Shown: positions 53,137 to 59,220, numbered from the stretch's first letter. The stretch is 59,285 nucleotides of DNA from an uncultured Elusimicrobiaceae bacterium (GCA_964622585.1 CAZUQT010000001.1:1-59285), one strand, 5' to 3'. Notes: generated by a model from the sequence alone, not told the origin. Numbers and translations are program-made.

Positions 53137-53153
53137 TCAGGGAACGCCGCCTG

Positions 53154-53939
53154 CTATTCCAGGCTTTTCAAGACATTATCCGCCCACCTGGAGAGTTTTT
53201 CGTCCTTACCGGACTTAAGGGCGGCCAAAGCCGCCGCCGCTTTCGGGGTCCCTATCTTGCCCAGGCTCTCTACCGAGGCTTTTTTAACAAATTCGTCATT
53301 GTCCTCGACCGCGGCCTTAAGCAGGGCTTCAATGCCTTCGTCAGCCTTCAGTCTGCCCAGGACCTCTGCCGCCTTCCAGCGGGTGTTCCTGTCCGGATCA
53401 GCCAGGAGCGAGGAGAGGGACGGCACTGCCCGCTTGTCATCCAGGTCGCCCAGGCCCTCCATCAGCCCCAGCCTGGACTCTTTATCCGCCCCGGCCAGGG
53501 CGTCCGAAAGGGTTTGAAAAGCCGAATTATCCTTTGACCCGCCTATCAGCCTGGCGGCTTTCTCTTTTATGAGCGGGTCCTCATCCGCAAGGGATTCCCT
53601 CAGCAGCGAAATTTTTTCCGGGTTTTGAGGCCCCGAGAGCGACTCCAGAGCTTTCCTCCGCTTTTTGTGGTCGGCGTCTTTCAGGTCTTTCCTGACCGCG
53701 TTCAGGTCCTGCGCGGGCGCGGCGGCGGAACTTATGGCCAGGGCGGGCGGGGTTTTTTTATTTACCGCGCTGTTCTTCAGCCCCGCCTTCACTCCGGTTT
53801 TAGCGGCCGGCACCTTAGCCTCTTCGGCGGAAAAAACGGACGCCGGGCAGAGCAGGATGAAATACGCGGAAGAAAGCAGGAGTGCCATCGCGGCTATCGC
53901 TCCGCCCGATCCTGCCGCCGCAGCGTTTTTCTGTTTCAT
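53154..53939 (-). CDS. small secreted HEAT / PBS-lyase-type repeat protein directly upstream of the giant gene
   Basis: I prefer the ATG at 53939, which has an AGGGAAG SD-like element ~5 nt upstream, over the TTG at 54080 used by the ORF track. Signal-like N-terminus GGAIAAMALLLSSAYFILLCPASVFS/AEE. HEAT-like repeats include DPLIKEKAARLIGGS, DKESRLGLMEGLGDLDDKRAVPSLSSLLADPDRNTRWKAAEVLGRL and DEFVKKASVESLGKIGTPKAAAALAAL. Confidence 0.8.
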   Translation of the reverse strand: MKQKNAAAAGSGGAIAAMALLLSSAYFILLCPASVFSAEEAKVPAAKTGVKAGLKNSAVNKKTPPALAISSAAAPAQDLNAVRKDLKDADHKKRRKALESLSGPQNPEKISLLRESLADEDPLIKEKAARLIGGSKDNSAFQTLSDALAGADKESRLGLMEGLGDLDDKRAVPSLSSLLADPDRNTRWKAAEVLGRLKADEGIEALLKAAVEDNDEFVKKASVESLGKIGTPKAAAALAALKSGKDEKLSRWADNVLKSLE

Positions 53940-54111
53940 AATCTTCCCTGCGCACGGCAGGCTTATAATCAGACTTATGTACGGCCCGAACTGCTGCAAA
54001 ACAAAAAACGACCGCGCCACGCGGCAATATTTCTTTTTAGTCCGTTCTGACCGCAAAAGGCCGTGAAACGGTACGCGCAAAAGAATTGCCGCAAAGCGTA
54101 GATATTAAAAC

Positions 54112-54140
54112 ATTATAATATAAAAACAGCGTTTCGAGAA
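54112..54140 (-). promoter_or_regulatory. weak candidate promoter for the HEAT + giant gene unit in an AT-rich patch
   Basis: The minus strand reads TTCTCG (54140-54135), 17 nt, TATAAT (54117-54112), inside the only strongly AT-rich stretch (54100-54160) upstream of the HEAT gene. The -35 is poor. Confidence 0.3.
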
Positions 54141-54302
54141 TATTATATATATATGAACGGGCCGGAGCCCGCCTGGAAGATCTCTCTACACCCTTGGCCG
54201 CGCTGAACATTTTTCCTCCCCGACTTTCCTATTGAGGTTGAGCCTCGATAAATTCCTGCCGAGGCTTCGCCTCGCCAAAAAGGCCCTGCTTCCCGGACAG
54301 CC

Positions 54303-54374
54303 AAAAAAAGACCGCTTCTGCTCTCTTCGCCTTAACCCGGTGCTGGGCTAATACCCCGAAGACAGCAGAAACGG
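54303..54374 (-). terminator. intrinsic-terminator-like hairpin with a U7 tract (minus strand)
   Basis: The minus strand reads CCGTTTCTGCTGTCTTCG (54374-54357), a 27-nt loop, CGAAGAGAGCAGAAGCGG (54329-54312), then TCTTTTTTTGG (T7 = 54309-54303). The 18-position stem has 16 Watson-Crick pairs, one G-U and one mismatch. Confidence 0.6.
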
Positions 54375-54508
54375 CCTAAATCCGTTCCAAACACGCCGGC
54401 ACTGACCGGACGGTCTTTCATCTTCGGCAGCCTGACCCCCGCGTATTTAGCGGGTCTTAGCTTTGCGCCGCCGGCTTTAGCCGGCTTTGCTATTATCGGA
54501 CACTACCC

Positions 54509-54652
54509 AAATAAAACGCCTCGCCCATCTGGGACACACACCGCGCCTACACTACCGCACCGCGTCTGTCTGCGACCGCAACCGCCCGCAACTGCACCGC
54601 ACCTGCTCACTACCAAGCCAGATGGGCGAGGCACTGCACTACACCGCACTGC
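54509..54652 (-). ncRNA. candidate ~145-nt small RNA or leader element (promoter-to-U-tract unit), family unknown
   Basis: It starts ~7 nt downstream of a consensus promoter (next feature). A 15-bp perfect inverted repeat, GCCTCGCCCATCTGG (54632-54618) / CCAGATGGGCGAGGC (54532-54518), encloses 85 G/U-rich nt. GTTTTATTT (54517-54509) follows at once. No plausible ORF. Confidence 0.45.
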
Positions 54653-54658
54653 AAATAT

Positions 54659-54686
54659 ATTATAGCAGATAGAGAGCTGTTGTCAA
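54659..54686 (-). promoter_or_regulatory. near-consensus sigma70-type promoter (minus strand) with extended -10
   Basis: The minus strand reads TTGACA (54686-54681), 16 nt, TGcTATAAT (54667-54659). A second TTGACA lies at 54708-54703. The GTCAAG/CTTGAC half-sites in 54682-54709 form short inverted repeats. Confidence 0.6.
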
Positions 54687-54750
54687 GGCCCAATTCTTGA
54701 CTTGTCAAGACCATGGCCGCGCCGCATCCAGGGCCATGTTCTTCGGACGG

Positions 54751-55866
54751 CTAGCGGCGCGCCCCGGCGTCAAAAAGGCCGGCGGCAGCGGCATAGGCCG
54801 CGTCTCCGAGCAGGGTCGTCTCCCTGGAATCGTCCCAGACCCGGCCTGGCGCGCCGGCTTTAAGGTCAGGCTCCGCGCCCTTCCCCTCCATATCCAGTCC
54901 TGAAGGCGGGAACATCCTCGCTACGGACAGTTCCAGGCCGCGCCCGTCGCCGAGGCTGAAGGCGCGCACCAGCGAGACGCTGCCGGCCATGGGCTCCCCT
55001 ACCAGCGCGGCACCGGAGAGTTCTTTAAGGGAGCGGGCGAAAACTTCAGCGGCCTTGGAGGTTCCTGAATTGACGATCGCGACCTGTCTCATCCCGGCGA
55101 ACCGCCCCTTTTCCGCCGCGCCGTAAAGGGCCGAATAGCCTTTATGGCGGGACCTGACCTCGAAAACCGGGCCGGCTTTGGGCGCGAAAGCCCTAAGGAC
55201 CTCCGCCGCCTCCGCGGGCACGCCGCCCGGATTGTCCCGGAGATCGAAAATAACGTTCACGGCCCCCACCCGGTACAGCGCGTCCAGGCCGGCCAGCACG
55301 GCCTTCGAGGAACCCTCGAAAAAAAGGCCCAGGCGCAGAAAAGCCGTGCGGGAATCCCGGTCGTAAAAAGCGAAAGAGGGAGGGAAGAAGAAATCGTTCC
55401 TGGCCACATCGGCCTCGAAAGGACCGGCGGCGCCCCGGTGCTCCGCTTTCAGACGGAAGAAAGCGCCGCCCTCCACGCGCCGGCGGACCGCGTCCGGAGA
55501 GGCCGCCTCGCCGTCCAGCGCCAGCACCCTGTCCCCGTCCCTGAAGCCGGCCGCGGCCCCTGGCGAGTCGCTGAAAACTTTCAGGATAAAGATCCCGCCG
55601 CGGCGCTCTCCGAAGAGGAGGCCGGATGAAAAATTCCTTTCCGAGGGCCTGGCCTTAACCGGCCGCCTGGCTTTCAGCACCAGCGCGTGCCGGTCCAGCT
55701 CGGCGAGCCCGGCGGCGCCTTTCTCCTTCAGCAGGCCGGAGATCTTCTGCGGGGAATATTCCTCGTAGCTGTGGCGGGAAAATATTTTAAGGACTTCCTG
55801 CTCGGGAAGCTTCCCGGAGCAGGCCGCGGCGAAAAGCGGGAAAATCAAAAGCAGCTTTTTTTTCAT
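54751..55866 (-). CDS. S41-family (C-terminal processing peptidase-like) PDZ lipoprotein with non-canonical dyad positions
   Basis: Lipoprotein-type signal MKKKLLLIFPLFAAAC/SG. PDZ-like segment GIFILKVFSDSPGAAAGFRDGDRVLALDGE. S41 core motifs VIFDLRDNPGGV and VAIVNSGTSKAAEVFARSLK...LVGEPMAGSVS...PPSGLDMEGKGAEPD. SD GGAG lies upstream of the ATG at 55866. Confidence 0.8.
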   Translation of the reverse strand: MKKKLLLIFPLFAAACSGKLPEQEVLKIFSRHSYEEYSPQKISGLLKEKGAAGLAELDRHALVLKARRPVKARPSERNFSSGLLFGERRGGIFILKVFSDSPGAAAGFRDGDRVLALDGEAASPDAVRRRVEGGAFFRLKAEHRGAAGPFEADVARNDFFFPPSFAFYDRDSRTAFLRLGLFFEGSSKAVLAGLDALYRVGAVNVIFDLRDNPGGVPAEAAEVLRAFAPKAGPVFEVRSRHKGYSALYGAAEKGRFAGMRQVAIVNSGTSKAAEVFARSLKELSGAALVGEPMAGSVSLVRAFSLGDGRGLELSVARMFPPSGLDMEGKGAEPDLKAGAPGRVWDDSRETTLLGDAAYAAAAGLFDAGARR

Positions 55867-55906
55867 TAATTACTCCGAAGCGTGAAGTCAGAACTGCGCC
55901 GGGCGC

Positions 55907-57400
55907 TTACTGTCCGGCCATGACGGCGCCGCTCGTAGTGGCGTCGCCTCCGCTGTACATCGCGGCGCCGCAGGGGTCATTGGGGAGGAAAGGCCCATAC
56001 AGCGGGCAATTCTGGCTGGCCGTATTAGGCGGCAGGCAGCAGCAGGGCGCCTGGGCCGTGCAGCCGCACTCGCCGCCGAAGCCTTCGGTCTCTACAATAT
56101 CCCCTATACCCACCGCGGTTATATCCGGCTGGTCCTCCGGATTGACGAAGGATTCCGGGCCGTCGGGAGGCCTGGGCCCGGCGCGGCCGTCTCCGGGAGG
56201 TTTAGGCCCGGCGCGGTCGTCTCCGGGAGAATCGGTGCCCGGAAGACCCTTGAATAAATTATTGATCATGCTGCCTGAAAACTCGCCGGCTTCTTTTTTC
56301 GCCTGGTAGTCCTTATCGGCGGCAAGCGCCTCTCTGCTTCCTTCCTTGTCTATCTTCGGCTTGGCCACGTCGGATACCGACAGGCCCTTGGCGCCCCCGG
56401 CGCTGAGGTCCTGGTCGCGCAGGAAGCCGGGGATGGCGTCCGGATTCACTTTATCCAGCTTGCGCATTTCTTCGTCGTACTTGATAGCGGTGGTGGCCTC
56501 GGCGCTGCCGTCGAAAGCCCGGGCCGTCCAGCCCCTGGCCGCGTCTTTGGAGGCGAGGCGCGCGCCGTATAAAGAGGCCTTGAAAGAGCCTTTCATAGCG
56601 TCCAACACCGAGCCCCGCCCGGCCTGCTTGGGCGACATCCTGGCTGTTTCCCGCTGGTCCGAAGCCTTGCCTATCGCGACGCCGTTGCCCTGGAAAGCCG
56701 GGGCTCCGGCGGGAAGGCCGGAAACACTGCCTTTCGAGCTCTTGGCTCCCATGGGGCCGGCCGAGAGGAAGGCCCTGGCCTGCAGTTTTTCAGCCATTCC
56801 CCCCTGCCCCGCTGGGGCCGCCCCGGGAGCTCCCCCGGAAGAAGAATCCCCCTCCTGGCTGCCGGAGCTGCCGCCGGAGCCGGAGCTTTGAGTCGCGCGC
56901 TTCCCGGCCGCGTCCGCCACCAGTTCTTCCTTAGTGCGGACCAGGGAAGGATTGACCCTGTCGCCGGCGGCCCCGCCCGAGGGCCCGCCCGCGGCCTGTT
57001 GCCCGGCGCCTTCCTGGTCCTGCCGGAAATATTCCCTGTTCCCCGCCTGGCCCGCCTTTCCGTCGTAAATAGTGCTGTTGGCCGAGAGCTGCTCATAGTC
57101 CTGGCCGCTGCCCAGCTTATGCGCGGCCTTGCTCATGCCGGTGACCGCGTAGAAGCCGCCGCCGGACAGAAGCAGGAGGATAAGGCCCAGCGAAAGCAGC
57201 CAGAATTTTTTCTCTTTATTGCTTTTTTTCTCTTCGGGCGTTTCTTCTCTTTCGGGTTCTTCTTCCACGTACTCCTGCTCAGGGACTTGCCCCTCAGCCG
57301 GCGCCTGTCCGTCTGCGAACTGGTCCTTTATTTCCCGTTCGGCGGGCTCATTCTCCGCTCTTTCCTGTCCCGCCGCCTCTTTTTCTTCATCTGAAGGCAT
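55907..57400 (-). CDS. hypothetical bitopic membrane protein: acidic N-terminus, one TM, Gly/Ser/Ala-rich ectodomain, Cys-rich C-terminus
   Basis: The ATG at 57400 has a GGAGG SD 5 nt upstream. The N-terminal ~65 aa are Glu-rich, followed by the TM segment FWLLSLGLILLLLSGGGFYAVTG. A low-complexity region follows (SSGSGGSSGSQEGDSSSGGAPGAAPAGQGG). The C-terminus is GGECGCTAQAPCCCLPPNTASQNCPLYGPFLPNDPCGAAMY (7 Cys in ~40 aa). I recognise no family. Confidence 0.7.
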   Translation of the reverse strand: MPSDEEKEAAGQERAENEPAEREIKDQFADGQAPAEGQVPEQEYVEEEPEREETPEEKKSNKEKKFWLLSLGLILLLLSGGGFYAVTGMSKAAHKLGSGQDYEQLSANSTIYDGKAGQAGNREYFRQDQEGAGQQAAGGPSGGAAGDRVNPSLVRTKEELVADAAGKRATQSSGSGGSSGSQEGDSSSGGAPGAAPAGQGGMAEKLQARAFLSAGPMGAKSSKGSVSGLPAGAPAFQGNGVAIGKASDQRETARMSPKQAGRGSVLDAMKGSFKASLYGARLASKDAARGWTARAFDGSAEATTAIKYDEEMRKLDKVNPDAIPGFLRDQDLSAGGAKGLSVSDVAKPKIDKEGSREALAADKDYQAKKEAGEFSGSMINNLFKGLPGTDSPGDDRAGPKPPGDGRAGPRPPDGPESFVNPEDQPDITAVGIGDIVETEGFGGECGCTAQAPCCCLPPNTASQNCPLYGPFLPNDPCGAAMYSGGDATTSGAVMAGQ

Positions 57401-57488
57401 AGAACCTCCGACCGCGCGTACGACAAATAGAACTTAAGGTCTGGGGACTGGTAACTCACCATCTCCAAGGCCTTTATTTCACCTGAAT

Positions 57489-57517
57489 GTTATAGCAGAG
57501 GAAACGCCGAAATTCAA
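57489..57517 (-). promoter_or_regulatory. candidate sigma70-type promoter for the Cys-rich protein / S41 peptidase unit
   Basis: The minus strand reads TTGAAT (57517-57512), 17 nt, TGcTATAAC (57497-57489), about 85 nt upstream of the ATG at 57400. It shares the CTGCTATAA motif with the promoter at 54659-54686. Confidence 0.45.
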
Positions 57518-57556
57518 GGGGTGGAGCGCCGGCCCTTAAAAGCCCGGCGCCGCGGA

Positions 57557-59188
57557 CTAGGCCCCGGGAACCCCTGTTTTCAGCGGCTTCGGGGGTTTGC
57601 CGTATTCGGCGAAGACAGCGACTATCTCGTCGTAATCCAGCTCCTCGCGGGCGAGGAGCTCCTTGACGAAGCGCTCCACTATAGGCCAGTTCTCCCTGAG
57701 GAGCGCGTCCACCAGGGCGTACTGCTCCTTGATTATGTCCTGCGACTCGCGGTTAAGGGTATTATTTATATCGCTGGAGCGCTCGTGCTGGGGAATAACG
57801 GTAAAATCCCCCAGGAAACCGGTCTTGCCCATGCCCAGCTTCCACACCATATTGTGCGCCAGCCTGGTGATATTGGCGAAGTCGGAGCTGACTCCCTCCG
57901 TGGTCACCCCGTACTTTATTTTCTCGGCGGCGTAGCCGCCCAGCGAGGTGCGGATATGGGCCAGCAGGGTGTCGCTGTCAGCGGCGTAAATTTCCTCGGC
58001 GGGCACGGAATGCACCACGCCCATGGCGCCGCCGCGGTTCAGGATGGAGACCTTGAACACGTCGTTGGTGGGATGGGTCAGGTAAAGGGCCAGCAGGTGG
58101 CCGGCCTCGTGGAAGGCGGTCATCTCTTTCTCCCGCGCGGTCATATTCAGGCGGTGGGCCACGCCCAGGTCCACGCGCTCGATGGCCTCGCTGAAATCCT
58201 TGTAGGTGATCATGTCGCGCGAGCCCCGGGCGGCTATCAGCGCGGCTTCCTTTATTATGTTCTCTATCTCCGCCGGCGTCTTGTGCACGGCTTTGCGGGC
58301 CAGGCGCCCCACCTCAAGGGCCGGATCATATTTCACCTTGCCGAGGTAGTAGCCGAAGAGCGCCTCGCGCTCCTCCAGGTTAGGGCGCCCGACGAAGATC
58401 TTGCGGTCGAAGCGGCCCGGCCTCAGCAGCGCGTCGTCGAGGATCTCCTCGAGCGCGTTGGTGGCCGCGAACACCACCACGTTGGCGCCCGACTCGAGGC
58501 CGTCCATCTCTACGAGCAGCTGGTTCTGCGTGCTGTTGGTCTCGGAGCCGCCGCCGAAGGCGTCGTAGAGCACGCGCTTGCGCCCGATGACCTCTATCTC
58601 GTCGATGAAAATTATGCAGGAACCGTGGGCCTGCGCGTATTCCTTGGCCTGCTTGAAAAGCTTGCGCACGCGGCTCGCGCCCACGCCGACGAAGACCTCG
58701 ACGAATTCGGACCCCGAGATGGAGATGAACGGCACCCCGGCCTCCGTCGCCACGGCCTTGGCCAGCAGGGTCTTGCCGCAGCCCGGGGGCCCGACGAGCA
58801 GGACGCCTTTCAGGATCTTCCCGCCGATCGCCTTTACGCGGGTGCGGTCCTTGATGAGCTGCACCACCTCCCACGCCTCGCGCTTGGCCTCCGTCAGCCC
58901 TATCACGTCGGAGAACTTGATATTGACCGCCGCGGCGTCCACCTTGCTCTTTTTCAGAGCGCTCAGGCCGCCCGACTGCATCAGGTACAGGAACCCGACG
59001 AAAATGACCGTATTCAGCACCATCCAGGGCATGCTGGCCACGTTCATGCTGATGATATAGCGGCGGGTGTTCTCCTCGACGCCGGCGAGGTACCAGATGG
59101 GAAAGAGCACCGCCCCGACGACGATGGCCGCTATCGAAAGCCCCACCCAGTGCCGCTGAAAGAACAGTTTAATTTTAAACCAAAGCAT
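57557..59188 (-). CDS. ftsH: FtsH-family ATP-dependent zinc metalloprotease (short form, minimal extracytoplasmic loop)
   Basis: Walker [16 protein letters not shown], Walker [35 protein letters not shown], zinc motif HEAGHLL. Two N-terminal TM segments are separated by only ~17 aa; 543 aa. SD AAGGAAA lies upstream of the ATG at 59188. Confidence 0.9.
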   Translation of the reverse strand: MLWFKIKLFFQRHWVGLSIAAIVVGAVLFPIWYLAGVEENTRRYIISMNVASMPWMVLNTVIFVGFLYLMQSGGLSALKKSKVDAAAVNIKFSDVIGLTEAKREAWEVVQLIKDRTRVKAIGGKILKGVLLVGPPGCGKTLLAKAVATEAGVPFISISGSEFVEVFVGVGASRVRKLFKQAKEYAQAHGSCIIFIDEIEVIGRKRVLYDAFGGGSETNSTQNQLLVEMDGLESGANVVVFAATNALEEILDDALLRPGRFDRKIFVGRPNLEEREALFGYYLGKVKYDPALEVGRLARKAVHKTPAEIENIIKEAALIAARGSRDMITYKDFSEAIERVDLGVAHRLNMTAREKEMTAFHEAGHLLALYLTHPTNDVFKVSILNRGGAMGVVHSVPAEEIYAADSDTLLAHIRTSLGGYAAEKIKYGVTTEGVSSDFANITRLAHNMVWKLGMGKTGFLGDFTVIPQHERSSDINNTLNRESQDIIKEQYALVDALLRENWPIVERFVKELLAREELDYDEIVAVFAEYGKPPKPLKTGVPGA

Positions 59189-59220
59189 AGTTTTTCCTTA
59201 ATTAAAGCCATTCCCCGGAA

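Noticed and set aside
52912-52918. A7/T7 homopolymer inside the signal-peptide coding region as a slipped-strand phase-variation switch
   Set aside because: Seven nucleotides is short for efficient slippage. The tract simply encodes FF in AFFAAA, and comparable A/T runs occur elsewhere. There is no evidence of variation from a single sequence.
53940-54080. TTG-initiated 47-codon N-terminal extension of the small HEAT gene in the ORF track
   Set aside because: The extension (MRVPFHGLLRSERTKKKYCRV...) precedes a perfectly good ATG at 53939 that has an SD-like AGGGAAG and a normal signal peptide. It would also run through the terminator-like hairpin and U-run.
54300-54508. Possibility that the structured non-coding segment is tmRNA, SRP RNA, 6S RNA or RNase P RNA
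   Set aside because: I found no tRNA-like T-arm (GGTTCGAATCC-type) or tag reading frame ending in a hydrophobic ...AA stop. The SRP helix-8 GGAA tetraloop/AGCA motif is not in a pairing context (GTCCGGGAAGCAGG does not fold like it). The length and closing-stem geometry do not fit 6S. A covariance-model scan is still worth running.
54487-54903. Plus-strand small ORFs 54487-54672 (61 aa) and 54697-54903 (68 aa)
   Set aside because: The first runs through the C-rich hairpin-closed element and has no SD. The second is antisense to the 3' end of the S41 gene. Neither has features of a real small protein.
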